DNA of 64,000 bases from Eledone cirrhosa (GCA_964016885.1 OZ024740.1:212598001-212662000); one strand, 5' to 3'. Shown: positions 38,652 through 52,014, counted from the first letter of the stretch. Numbers and translations are program-made. The notes: a model not told the origin generated them from the letters alone.

Positions 38652-39863
38652 GATAACGTAAAAGAAACACAAACATATAACAATTCCCGCTCTTTGATTG
38701 TCTGCTGTGCATCGCTGTTTCGATGCATTAAACATAGTAGATTCCACGACAGTACGTTAATAACTACAGGTTATAGTTATTAGGGTAGGGTACAAAAAAA
38801 AAAAAAAAAAAGCCCAGAGACGACAGCGAAGAGAAAAATAAAATAAACAGAAGGAAAACATACCGATAGACAGCGGGAAAGACGAGACAGTAGTGCATGT
38901 AAGTTTCAGTAACAAATGGGAGTGAGGGAGAAGTTAAAAAGGAGACCGAGCGTAAGCCCTGAATCTGTATTAACGAGAGAGAGCGAAAAGAAAAACGTCT
39001 GATCTTAGCAAGAACAGGCGCAAAGAGGGAGAAACGAAGCAAAATTGAAGAGAGAGGTGGGGGTAGGGGTGGGGGAGAAAGGAGATAGATGGGAGGAGAG
39101 AAAGAGAATAAGTGAGTGGGAGAGAGGGCGAAAAGAGAAAGGAAAAGATTTCATCCAAAATGGTAGAACTTAAGTCCAAAACCAGAATTAACGACAACAA
39201 GCAAGATAGAAAAAATAGAACGGAGGTCACTGCAATAAATTAATATGAATTAAAAGTGACAAAGGTGCTGTTTAGTTACTAATAAATATTGTTTAGAAAA
39301 CGTAAGAGAAACACAAACAATAGGACAACTCCTGCTCTTGTAAGTTGCAGCAACCAAGATCACAACCAATAAAATAAAACATTTCTACTGCCTTTTTTTC
39401 TATCTTGCTTGATTATTTGATCAAAGGTGATATACAAAATAATAAACTATTTTTTTTTTTTCATATCACCATAACATTGTTTTGCAGAATCAGGATAGTA
39501 AATAAGATTATTATTTAACCCTCTTATGAAATTTTGAACTGTCATTAGTGTAAAAAAAATAAATTATCAATTGATCTTCATTGTTGTTTATAAAAACCTA
39601 TAAAAACACAAAAATGTGTAATTATTGTTTCACAAATTTCTTCTCTAGACGTATGTGATTTATTTTTAATGACTATTCCTTGTAGGGACTGTGTAATCTG
39701 TATTGGTTAATGTGGGCAGGGAAGACATATGGGGCTTGGTTTGGATTGGTAATTGAATCTACTCAATGAAACTACGCTTCGTGTATGAAACTTAACTTTT
39801 GAAATGTCATGTGGAGTCATTTACATTCTCTATAAAAAATTAGTAATTAGGTAATAATCCAGT

Positions 39864-40091
39864 CAGTGTCGGATTTAATGGGGGCAATTGTAGTGGCGGG
39901 GGGGGGGCATTAGCGACGACCCTCAGTTGGGCGTTTAAGATTTAAGATGGTTAGAATTTTTCAATTTAATACCTAGGCTAACTTTGATATGTAAAATTGG
40001 GGGGGGGGGGGGGGCTGTGTATTCTATTTTTTTTTGCGTATGAGCCGCCACCTGAAGTGACCCAGGCCCCTCATGGTCTAATCCAACCCTG
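39864..40091. mobile_element. hAT-type MITE
   Basis: Imperfect TIRs CAGTGTCGGATT / AATCCAACCCTG. 8-bp TSD AATCCAGT at 39856-39863 and 40092-40099. Confidence 0.8.
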
Positions 40092-40437
40092 AATCCAGTG
40101 ATGCTAAATATACACATGCATTAACATTTATGCACAAATACACATTTGCATACACACATATGGAGTGATCATGCAAGTGAAGTAACTTGGAATGCAAACA
40201 TTCTATAAATTTTCCAAGCACCATAACTGTTTTATAATGAAACAGTGTGTATTGTGGGTTTGGTAGGCAGCAGCAACAAGGTAGTGGTTGGTGAGGGATT
40301 GTGTGGCTGGTACCTTTACAAATTGTTATTTTCAAAGATATAGTAAAATCACTTAATCTTTCACACTTCATCTTTGCCCTTCTTTAGTTGTAAAGTTTCT
40401 ATTTCCTGCTTAATTTTAGCATTCTTTTATGAATATA

Positions 40438-40749
40438 CAGTTGTCCCTTAGTATTAGTGGGGGGGGGGGTTACGTTCCTTGAGCACCTACGAAGAGTGAA
40501 AAACCGCAAATATTGGACGTGGTCCATAAAAATGTCTATAAACGTCAAAACATAACGTAAGATATAGGCTGGCAAATACGGTATATTTTTATTAATAATC
40601 TAGCGTTAAAAAATATATATATATAGCCATGAAAAAAACCATAAAAATATCATTGAAGATATTTACAATTCCGCGAATATGTGGTGGTTTCCACGAACAA
40701 TTATTAGTTAGGTTCTAAGGAAAATTCCGCGAATACCCGGGGTACACTG
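40438..40749. mobile_element. Tc1/mariner (pogo/Tigger-like) MITE
   Basis: TA-flanked imperfect TIRs CAGTTGTCCCTTAGTATT... and ...AATACCCGGGGTACACTG. Confidence 0.6.
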
Positions 40750-41402
40750 TATTTATATTATGGAAATGGAAACACCAAAATCTATAATAATGTTTTTAAA
40801 ATATGCATTTCAGTTTGTATAGAGATGTTCTGAAAGTGGGCACTACCACCCACACGGGGGACATTGAGAAGGTTTACAGAGGAGCTGGGACCTAAGGGGG
40901 CTGTGGGAGGACGCTATGGAATTTATTATTTACTAGCTGAGGTACCCGGTTTCGCCTGGGAGAACAGTTAAGAGGAGATGGATAAAAGAGAAAACGACTG
41001 TATTGAATGTGTTGTCTGGTATGAGGTGAGATGGTAATGTACGTGTGTGTGTGTGTGTGAGAGACATTTAAAAAAAAGCAATCATAAAACATCTTTATTA
41101 GGCTGGAGGAGTAAACGATCGATTAATGGTAGCATTGGCCTTGGATATTAAATGTGAAATAACCATAGTCAGTATGATCTTTTTCAGCTCCAAAGGACGT
41201 CATCTGAAACACAGCAATATACCTCATAACATTGCTTCTGAAGTGTTTAGCTTCGTTAGTACGGTCTGTAAGTAGTATATGGAGCGTAGATTAATTTCAA
41301 ATAGTATCAATTTTTCTTTCTTCTGTAAAACCAAAGACTGTAAAACGACTTTATTAAAGCTAACGCAATATTGTTAAACCTTTAACTGATACTTTTGTGG
41401 AC

Positions 41403-41449
<47 letters not shown>

Positions 41450-41473
41450 TCTCTCACTCTCTCTCTCTCTATT

Positions 41474-41494
<21 letters not shown>

Positions 41495-41505
<11 letters not shown>

Positions 41506-41945
41506 TATCATATATAAAGTGAAGTTGGGCGTTGTTTGTTTGTATGGTTTCTCGAACTTGCAGGCTACACCGTTCATCGGATTTTTATAAAACTTGACAC
41601 ATATAAAATTCGACCCGTAGATTGGAATAGAATACTTGAAATTTTCGAAAAATCGATTTCGGAGGCCAGAAGCCAAAAATCGATACTTTCAAAAATCGTC
41701 CGATTTCGATGAAACGTCTGATTTCGATGAAACTCGACGCAATTGTGTGCTTTGATCCGGGGATGCCCGTGGGCTACATTAAATTTTCGAAATATCGATC
41801 ACCAGAGGCAAAAATCGATATTTACGAAATTTGTCCGATTCCAATGAAATTTGACGTAGGTATTATTTTGATGCGGGGATCAACGTGGTGTACCTGAAAT
41901 TTTCAAAATATCGATAATCAGACCCCCAGAGGCAAAAATCTGGCA
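41495..41945 (+). mobile_element. Probable non-autonomous Helitron-like 5' region with ~120-bp diverged internal repeats
   Basis: (TA)n-AAAGTGAAG...TGTTTGTTTG start, then three related units ending aaattttcgaaa.atcgat...ccagaggcaaaaatc. Family assignment is by resemblance only. Confidence 0.4.
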
Positions 41946-42214
41946 ACCGAAAAACGCCATTCTTCCTGCTTCCATTTGTCGCGACACCCGCCATGCCCAA
42001 AACGTTCAATCAATCAGGATTATCCACCGTAAGTCTCTTTAAATTAACGCTCACCATATTCAGCAAACCTTTTATGCCGATTCTACCATTTTTATATAAC
42101 GACTATCAAGACTATACCGCCGCGCATCAACCTGTATTGCGCCCAGTCTTCTCAAGCTATCATCGAGCCTCCATGCGCTCTCTTCATTCCCGTGGTCCCA
42201 CTACCGTAGCATAA

Positions 42215-44110
42215 TGAGGCATCCGTCAACCCCTGCCCTCTCCCTTCTTAGCACGCCGTCGACCCACTGCATCGTTGTGCATTACCATGCGCATCTCTGC
42301 CTTGTCAGTCGCAATTCATTCCCCGGCCCTTTCCATTGCTTGCCCTCCGTGGTCCCTAAGGACTTCCACGGCTCAACATGCAGAATCCCTGCCACCGTCC
42401 ACCCCTGCCCATTTCCATTGCCTACACTCCGGAAGAGCTCAAGACTTCCATGCCTGACCAAGCCGCATCCCTGGCACCGTCAACCCCTGCCCTCTCCCTT
42501 CTTAGCACGCCGTCGACCCACTGCATCGTTGTGCATTACCATGCGCATCTCTGCCTTGTCAGTCGCAATTCATTCCCCGGCCCTTTCCATTGCTTGCCCT
42601 CCGTGGTCCCTAAGGACTTCCACGGCTCAACATGCAGAATCCCTGCCACCGTCCACCCCTGCCCATTTCCATTGCCTACACTCCGGAAGAGCTCAAGACT
42701 TCCATGCCTGACCAAGCCGCATGCCTGGCACCGTCAACCCCTGCCTTCTCCCTTCCCGGCACGCCGTCGTCCCACTACATCGTCATGCCTCACCATGCCA
42801 CATTACTGCCCTGTCGGCCACCATCCGCTCCTCAGCCCTTTCTTTTGCCTGCCCGCCGTGCTCCTTCAAGCCTGCTATGCCTAACCAAGCCGCATCCCTG
42901 CCACCATCAAGTCCTGCACTCTCCCTTTCCTGCACGCCGTCGTCCCACTGCATCGTCATGTCTCACCATGCCCCATCCATGCTCTGTCAGCCGCCATGAC
43001 CTCCCCTGCTTCTCCCTTACCCGCACGCCTTGGTCCTTCACGAGTGCCATGGCTCACCATGCGGAATCCCTGCAACCGTCAATCCCGGCCATCTCCCTTC
43101 CCTGCACGCCGTCGACCCACTGCATCGTTATGCCTCACCATGCCACATCCATGATCTGTCAGCCGCCATCCCCTCCTCAGCCTTTTATTTTGCCTGCCCA
43201 CCGTGCTCCTTCAAGACTGCCATGCCTAACCAAGCCGCATCCCTGCCACCGTCAACCCCCGCCCTCTCCCTTGCTTGCACGCCTTGTTCCCTCACGACTG
43301 CTATGGCTCACCATGCGGGATTCCTGCCCTGTCAGTAACTTGCTCAAATGTCATCAGCATGGTTTATTCCTGCGCCGCACATAACCGCCCATTATCTCAG
43401 ACCAAAGACAACACCGAACATGAAGACGATCCTGTGTAAGTCTTTTTACATTCATTTTGACCATATTTAACAAAATTAAGCAAAAATTCATCCCTTTCTC
43501 CTCCAAAGCCTACCGATCATGTATAGCCGATAAACATCTTGCTTGCACCCGGTTTTCTCAAACAATCATCGTGCCTCCCGGTGCTCTCTACATTCCCGAA
43601 GTGCAACTCAATTGGCATGCCGCATCCACGCCCTGTCAGCCTCCCTGCACCCTTCCCTTTCGTCATGCCTCATCATGTTGCATCCCTGCCCTGTCAACCG
43701 CCATCCACTCCCCGACCCTTTCCACTGCCTAGGCATGGCAGTCTTGAGGGACCTAGTCGCATCCCTGCCACCGTCAACCCCTTCTCTCGCCGTTCCCTGC
43801 ACGCCGTCGTCCCACTGCATCGTCATGCATCACCATGCCGCATCAATGCTCTGTTAGCCGCCATCCCCTACTCGGCCCTTTCTTTTGCCTGCCCGCAGTG
43901 CTCCTTCAAGACTGCCATGGCTCACCATGCGGCATCCTTGCCACTGTCCACCCCTGCCCTCTTCCTTGCCTGCTGGCCGTCGTCCCACTGCATCGTCATG
44001 CATCAGGATGCCGCATCCATGCACTGTCAGCCACCATCCCCCTCCTCTGCCCTTTCTTTTGCCTGACCGCCCTGCTCCTTCAAGACTCCCATGGCTATCT
44101 ATGCCGCATC
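42215..44110. repeat. GC-rich ~63-bp diverged minisatellite with an essentially exact 254-bp tandem duplication (42223-42476/42477-42730)
   Basis: Recurrent catccctgccaccgtcaacccctgccct...catcgtcatgcctcaccatgc. Identical ORF starts lie 254 bp apart (42378, 42632). Confidence 0.85.
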
Positions 44111-44219
44111 AATTCCTGGTGGCAAATAAAAGAAACATATATTTAAATATAACCTAATGTTTGTTGAGTGAGATGGTTACCAGTCAGAGTTTAGCTTTAA
44201 ACTATCTCTGTTATTGTAT

Positions 44220-44246
<27 letters not shown>

Positions 44247-44254
<8 letters not shown>

Positions 44255-44445
44255 TAAAATAACAGATTAAAGTTTAAGCAAAGAATACCTGCTTTCACCC
44301 TTAACGGGATCTTCTGAAACTTTTTGGCACAAGGCCAGCAATTCTCAGTACATTACTGGTACTTTATTTTAGTTTCAGAAGATCCCGTTAAGGGTGAAAG
44401 CAGCGATTCTTTACTTAAACTTTAATCTGTTATTTTAATAAATAT
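44247..44445. repeat. ~74-bp inverted repeat flanking a 50-bp SINE 3' fragment
   Basis: 44247-44320 is the reverse complement of 44371-44445. The spacer ggcacaaggccagcaatt...ggtactttatttt is SINE-derived. Confidence 0.8.
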
Positions 44446-44527
44446 TTGCTCTACGGTTCTTATATATTTGATATATATTTATCCTTATCGAGCCCTCTTT
44501 TGATTTTAGTTTTCAAATTTTTATTAT

Positions 44528-44564
<37 letters not shown>

Positions 44565-44754
44565 TATGAACTCATGCACACATATGTACTTGCAGAACAA
44601 ATACATACACATTCACATACATAGACATGCACATACATACACACATATAATTATACATAAACACATACATATATACATACATAAAAAGACATATATCCAT
44701 ATATATCTATGAATATATTATCTGAAAGATCAAATTGCGGTTCCCGTTATTAAA

Positions 44755-45132
44755 ATAATTGTTTCTACTTTTTTGCACAAGGCCAGCAATTATCAGTACA
44801 TTACTGGTACTTTATTTTATCGACCCCGTAAGGATTAAAGGCAAAGTTATCCTCGGCGGGATTTGAACTCAGACCGCAAAGTCACGTAACTATGCTGGAA
44901 AACATAGCGTCTGACTCTCTACCGATACTGCCAATCCACCTATAATAATTGTTTCTACTTTTGGCACGAGGCCAGCAATTATCCAGTGTATTACTGGTAC
45001 TTTATTTTATCGACCCCGTAAGGATGAAAGGCAAAGTTAACCTCGGCGGGATTTGAAATCAGAATGGCAAAGGCCGTAACTCTATGCGTCAAAGCATGGT
45101 GTCCGATCCTCTACCGATACTGCCAATCCACC
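44755..45132 (-). mobile_element. Two tandem SINE copies (44755-44940, 44944-45132)
   Basis: Each is a reverse complement of the SINE consensus, and each is followed by tataataat on +. Confidence 0.9.
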
Positions 45133-45708
45133 TATAATAATGAAATGTAAAGGTGCATGTAGAAAGAGTATAACTATTAGGTAGAAAGAAAAAGGCTATG
45201 ATAGAATAATGAGGGTAGTCAGAATGTGTGTGTTAGGGGTATGACAAAGGATATGTGATTAAAGGGAATATGTGAGTGTTTTTGGTTGTAGATAAAGGTA
45301 TGGTTAAAGGTTAAAAAGGAAGAAGTGTTCAAAGTCTCTAATAGGTTATGAAGGGTGGTCGGTGTGTGTGTTAAAGGTATGAAAAAAAAGAAATGTTCTT
45401 AGTGTATAACCAAAAACTACAGAATCTTGCAAAATTGGAAATCTCCTAATACTTGCCTCAATTCTAAAACTGAGTGAGATCTTCAGAAGTTGTCCACACA
45501 TGTAATCACAGCTTCTTTCCAGCTGGTATAATATAATTTTGAGCACTCAACCACCCTGAACTTCTTCATCTCACAAATTAACTTTCCACTCACTACCCTG
45601 ATCTCTTTATGAACACATACATTTAACTACGACCATCACACCTAATAAACACCCACTTATTTATTTTAATTATACCCCGCCCCCTTTTTTTCATACCTGG
45701 AAGCTTAG

Positions 45709-45840
<132 letters not shown>

Positions 45841-46373
45841 TATCAGTGCTCTGAAATACCGATTTATGTATGAGTGTATGTATAGTATATTTCATAATAT
45901 ACCGTATGTTTATTTTAAAACATTTTGAAGACCATTCGCTATGAGTTTTAAAGTAATGACTTACTATGTCTCGGCAAGAGCAGAGCAGTTGCCGGTCCAG
46001 CAAAAATTAGAAATTAGTATCAGTGCTCTGAAATAGTGATGTATGTATGAATCTATGTATAGTATATTTGATGATATACTTACACACACACTTGATAATA
46101 TACTTACACACACACACATATATATATATATACATATACATACATACATATCCATATATATATACATATATAAATGAAAATAGAGAAATTAATGTGAGCA
46201 AGAAGCCAACAGTATTTCATAATATATAAGTGACTATAACGTCAAGATGGAAAATATTTAACGTAAGATATGGGAATATAATTCAAACTCAATTAACAAA
46301 AAGTCTAGAAAGAAGTTTTATCCACAGATTTTGTGAAAACCAGGGAAAAAACCAATAGAGTCTTAACTCAGAA

Positions 46374-46437
<64 letters not shown>

Positions 46438-46588
46438 TTGGGGAGCTCTGAAATAGCAATATATAAATGAATGTATATATAATGTATTTTGCAATACACT
46501 TTATGCTTAATTAAAAGCATTTTGAAGACCGTATGCTATTGTTTTAGAGTAGTGACAAACTCACTTACTTTAATCTCAGCAAACAAGG

Positions 46589-46649
46589 GGAGATAAGCCG
46601 ACAAGGCCTTGTTTCGCATTTATTGATGCTTATCAAGGCTAACTACTCC
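46589..46649 (-). ncRNA. Type I hammerhead ribozyme, U3-A8 core variant
   Basis: Exact reverse complement of 46935-46995. Confidence 0.75.
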
Positions 46650-46934
46650 CTCCTGTCTACTGAGATCACTGATATTATATTCTTATAGAATTCTAGTAAA
46701 TAATCAGGAACTGATTATACAGAGCGGTTGCCGGTCAGGCAGAAATTAAAAATTAGAATTGGAGCTCTGAAATAGCAATATATATATGAATGTATATATA
46801 ATGTATTTTGCAATACACTTTATGCTTAATTAAAAGCATTTTGAAGACCGTATGCTATTGTTTTAGAGTAGTGACAAACTCACTTACTTTAATCTCAGCA
46901 AACAAGGGGAGATAAGCCGACAAGGCCTTGTTTC

Positions 46935-46995
46935 GGAGTAGTTAGCCTTGATAAGCATCAATAAATGCGAAACAAGGCCTTGTCGGCTTATCTCC
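46935..46995 (+). ncRNA. Type I hammerhead ribozyme, U3-A8 core variant
   Basis: AGCC-TTGATAA-GCAT(caataa)ATGC-GAA-ACAAGGCCTTGT-C|GGCT. All three stems pair, the triplet is GUC (46982-46984), and a GGAG/CTCC extension lengthens stem I. Confidence 0.78.
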
Positions 46996-47031
46996 CCTTG
47001 TTTGCTGAGATTAAAGTAAGTGAGTTTGTCA

Positions 47032-47248
47032 CCTACGGACTATTGATGAGGAGTTTTCATATCCAGTATCCAAAATACACCTTCAGCTTCATACCCATCA
47101 TTATTGGAGCTACAGTTTATATACCAACCCACTTGGACCAAAGTATGACTAAACTTGGATTTGTGGACAAAGAGCACAGCTCCCTAATTCATATATTACA
47201 AATGGCTGCGATATATGGCACCTTCAAAATTTGCAAAACATTTTTGCG

Positions 47249-47250
<2 letters not shown>
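47032..47250 (+). mobile_element. C-terminal fragment of an RLE-type non-LTR retrotransposon
   Basis: YPKYTFSFIPIIIGAT...KLGF...LQMAAIYGTFKICKTFL resembles the PIVIG.LG end of RLE ORFs. Confidence 0.55.
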
Positions 47251-47305
<55 letters not shown>

Positions 47306-47786
47306 ATATATTGGAAGTGAGGCTGGAAAATAACAGGAAATGTACATAAGAAAATAAGGGTAAGAAAAATAATATATAAAAGTATATAGCAATATAGAAA
47401 AAGACATATGTGTGCATACATATACACATATATACACACATTCAGATATAAGTAAAATATATATATATGTATATATACATACATGTATATATATATATAT
47501 ACAAAAACATACATGTACACGGACATACACATATACACACACACACATAAATACATATACAGACATATACATACACACACACACATACATATACACACAC
47601 ACATATACTATATATATATATATACATGAATATATACATATACATATACAGAGATTATATAAAATAAATATGGTTTTATAAATATAGTTTCAATTTATTA
47701 ATATATTGTACATATATATATATATATATTTCGTTTCTGAATTTGCTTAGCAAGATTCTTTATCTGAAAACGTGTGTTGAAACCGA

Positions 47787-49460
47787 TATTGTTATACTTT
47801 GGGAGGGTCATGTTGCCAATAAGAATCACACGCACCAGTTGCTTTCACTTCAATTTATTATAATAAATTTATAAATTTAGGAATTTATAAATTTCCGGTT
47901 GGTTGGTTGGTTCCACAACCAGATGATTGTTTATATATTGTCAAAGTTCTTTTGTCACACATTCTGTGACCTCTTCAATGACTGGGGATTCTTTTCTTTG
48001 TTTTTGTGCCTCTCCTTTGTTCTGTCCTACGCCATATTGTTTTTGAGTGTGTTGTGTGCTTAGATTGCGCATGCGTTACATCCCGGTGTCTGTGTGTGTT
48101 TATATTTGTTTATTTATTTGTTTATTTACATGATACTGGTTGGTTGTTTGTTCTATGTGCGTGTATGTTTTCATTTTGTCCTTAATTGTAAGTTGTGATG
48201 TTGCTGTTCCATTCATGTTTTCTATTTAATTTTGGTTGGAGTTCATTTATGTTTATTGCCTCTGTGATTTGTCTAAACATTGCGTCTTTTCTGTGTGTAG
48301 ATTCTATTTTTATTTCTATGTTCTCTAATTTACCCTCATGTTCTATTTTAGTATGTTGGTAGAGTACAGATGGTTCTTTTTTTCTTGAAGTTCTCGCCAG
48401 TGTTCAGTTAATCGTTCTCCTATACTACGAGCTGTCTCACCTATGTACACTATATTCTTATCTCTACATTGTCCTTCAGTACATCTTATGCTATATACTA
48501 CATTTCTAGTTTTACAGTTAATATGGGGCTTATTTTACAGGTTATACATTTCTTATCTATACATGAGGGTCTTTGAAAAGGGTATGTATTGGTAATAAGT
48601 GTTTTTGTGGAGGTACCTGGTCTTTCTACTATCTTAATATTAAGTTTATGTTTATCTAGGGCCCTTCTGAATTTGTAAGCTAATTCACCTCTAGGGGTTG
48701 TATCGATGAACATTACAGTCTGGTATTTATTGCTATCATACCATGAGTTTATTCTATTAACCTTATTCCTAGTTCTTTCTATTCTATTCCAAAATTTGCT
48801 CCTATACAAGGGGCAGGACCCATTTGTGTCATTATTTACCATTTTTCCCCATTTGGTTCTGGCTCCTCTATATACTCTGATTTTATCTCTCTGATTGTAA
48901 CCAGAGAACTGCATACGGTGGATGAAGTGTTGTATGTGTCTCTCTAGTTCTTTGGTGTTGCACATGCGGGACATGTTTCTCATCACCCGTACCAAATCCG
49001 CAATCAGTATGTTGATTTTGGTATGGTCCGAAACAGCTGAGTTTCGGTGGATCAGATATTTGGAAGTCATGGGTTTCGCGTAATGGGAATGGAGGATTTG
49101 TTTTTGTTATTAATTGTTTCTACTTTAGGCACAAGGCCAGCAATTACCCAGTGCATTACTGGTACTTTATTTTATCGACCCCGTAAGGATGAAAGGCAAA
49201 GTCAACCTCGGCGGGATTTGAACTCAGATCGTAAAGGGACGTAACTATGCTGGAAAGCATGGTGTCCGACCCTCTACTGATACTGCCAATCCACTTTGTT
49301 ATTGATGGTATCTAACCAGAGCTCTGTGTCTAGTACAGGTAATAGATGATTGGTGTGTTTTCTTGGGTAGTCTATAGTAACTCTAATACTCTGGTGGATG
49401 GAGTTAGCTATTTGCTGGATGCTTTCCATGGTGTTTTTCTCTAATTCCTGACTGTTCGCT
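47787..49460 (-). mobile_element. Penelope-like element, left (inverted) arm: RT thumb + GIY-YIG + 3' region
   Basis: Reverse complement of 49772-51199. ORF 48498-49070 plus SIQQIANSIHQSIRVTIDYP. Interrupted by a SINE. Confidence 0.88.
49110..49293 (-). mobile_element. SINE inserted in the left Penelope arm, ~9-bp TSD TTTGTTATT
   Basis: The right arm shows the empty site (ccattaataacaaaaaacaaatcc). Confidence 0.92.
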
Positions 49461-51199
49461 GTGGAGAAATGCGTAGAAATGATCAGTGAGAGCAATGTTG
49501 AATTCCGTGGGATTGATACCAGTGAGCTGGGACTCCTACTTAAACTTACCTATAGTAATGATTATCTAGATACATATGGCCTTAGCAACCTGTGCCCTAC
49601 AAGATCAGCAAGAGGCAGACCTCCTACCATTACCTCAATGGCCAAGAAAACCCACACAGATAGATGGAACGGGTGGACCAGAGCCATTCGGAGCCCCGAA
49701 AACCACGATGAACTAAAGAAAATGATTGCACATGCGGTGGGGGCCAGCATAAAATTAACCCTTAAGGGTTAATCCAGCAAATAGCTAACTCCATCCACCA
49801 GAGAATTAGAGTTACTATAGACTACCCAAGAAAACACCCCGACCATCAATTACCTGTACTAGACACAGAGCTCTGGTTAGATACCATTAATAACAAAAAA
49901 CAAATCCTCCATTCCCATTATGCCAAACCCATGACTTCCAAATATCCGATCCACCGAAACTCAGCTGTTTCGGACCATACCAAAATTAACATATTGATTG
50001 CGGATTTGGTACGGGTGATGAGAAACGTGTCCCGCATGTGCAACCCCAAAGAACTAGAGAGACACATACAACACTTCATCCACCGTATGCAGTTCTCTGG
50101 TTACAATCAGAGAGATAAAATCAGAGTATATAGAGGAGCCAGAACCAAATGGGGAAAAATGGTAAATAATGACACAAATGGGACCTGCCGCTTGTATAGG
50201 AGCAAATTTTGGAATAGAATAGAAAGAACTAGGAATAAGGTTAATAGAATAAACTCATGGTATGATAGCAATAAATACCAGAGTATATTGTTCATCGATA
50301 CAACCCCTAGAGTTGAATTAGCTTACAAATTTAGAAGGGCCCTAGATAAACATAAACTTAATATTAAGATAGTAGAAAGACCAGGTACCTCCACAAAAAC
50401 ACTTATTAGCAATACATACCCTTTTCAAAAACCTCCCTGTATAGATAAGAAATGTATAATATGTAAATTAAGCCCCCATATTAACTGTAAAACTAGAAAT
50501 GTAGTATATAGCATAAGATGTACTGAAGGACAATGTAGAGATAAGAATATAGTGTACATAGGTGAGACAGCTCGTAGTATAGGAGAACGATTAAATGAAC
50601 ACTGGCGAGAACTTCAAGAAAAAAAGAACCATCTGTACTCTACCAACATACTAAAATAGAACATAAGGGTAAATTAGAGAACATAGAAATAAAAATAGAA
50701 TCTACACACAGAAAAGACGCAATGTTTAGACAAATCACAGGGGCAATAAACATAAATGAACTCCAACCAAAATTAAATAGAAAACATGAATGGAACAGCA
50801 ACATCACAACTTACAATTAAGGACAAAATGAAAACACACACGCACATAGAACAAACAACCAACCAGTAACATGTAAATAAACAAATAAATAAACAAATAT
50901 AAACACACACAGACACCCGGATGTAACACATGCGCAAACTAAGCACACAACACACACAAAAACAAGATGGCGTAGGACAGAACAAAGAAGAGGCACAAAA
51001 ACAAAGAAAAGAATCCCCAGTCACTGAAGAGGTCACAGAATGTGTGACGAAAGAACTTTGACAATATATAAACAATCATCTGGTTGTGGAACCAACCAAC
51101 CAACCGGAAATTTATAAATTTATTATAATAAATTGAAGTGAAAGCAACTGGTGCGTGTGTTTCTTATTGGCAACATGACCCTCCCAAAGTATAACAATA
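49461..51199 (+). mobile_element. Penelope-like element, right arm (probable upstream ORF fragment 49461-49753, junction, then thumb and GIY-YIG endonuclease)
   Basis: ORF 49931-50659 with LPVLDT just upstream, MQFSGY, and NCKTRNVVYSIRC...VYIGETARSIGERLNEH (GIY-YIG). Frameshift near 50620. Confidence 0.9.
51020..51062 (+). ncRNA. Hammerhead-like motif in the Penelope 3' repeat
   Basis: GTCA-CTGAAGA-g-GTCACA(gaatg)TGTGAC-GAAA-GAACTT-TGAC. Stem III is minimal, and the mirror copy at ~47940-47983 has core mutations. Confidence 0.5.
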
Positions 51200-51352
51200 C
51201 ATATATATATTTATAACCTAAAGGTGCGAGCTCATAAGTAAAAAAATAGTATAACAAATACGCGTGCAAATATATATATATATATATATATATACACATG
51301 GCATAGACACAAGTGTATAAACATACTAGTCTGCAAACACATACATACGCAA

Positions 51353-51435
<83 letters not shown>

Positions 51436-51960
51436 TATAGATATAGATAGGTAAATATACACGGGTGTGTATGATTGTGTATAGAAGATTATATTAATAA
51501 GAGGAATTCCAACTTTGTCTGATTTACTCGTTTTATTTACAATCCTTTAAAATATATAATGGTATTATAATGAAATAGTATGATAGAATATTAAATCCTA
51601 AGTGTTAATTGAACAAGTACTTTCATGCTTTCGCAATCTTCAGGTTCATAATATGTGGTGACAGTCGAGTTTGCAATTTTCAACTGTAATGAGATGGGTA
51701 AATTTCCTACCTTTTATACATTTTATACAGAGAAAAGTGGATCCAGAATGCTAAGCCCTGTAAACTGTATTTCGACCAATCAGTGTGTAGTTTCACTGAA
51801 TTACTAAAGCTGATTGGTTTAAGCGTCACGGCTGGTTGAGCATGCTAACGACCAATAATCATATCCAAAGCATCAATTGTTTTGCTATTTTTAGAAATGA
51901 TGAAAATAGCATTTTCTATTAATCATCACCATCAACATCACTTTTATTATTATTATTATT

Positions 51961-52014
<54 letters not shown>

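Noticed and set aside
42214-44157. Pro/Ser/His/Cys-rich ORFs
   Set aside because: They overlap in several frames over a GC-rich minisatellite whose 254-bp period is not a multiple of 3.
45346-45546. Possible GIY-YIG remnant (IILYQLERSCDYMCGQ)
   Set aside because: The similarity is too weak to support without a profile search.
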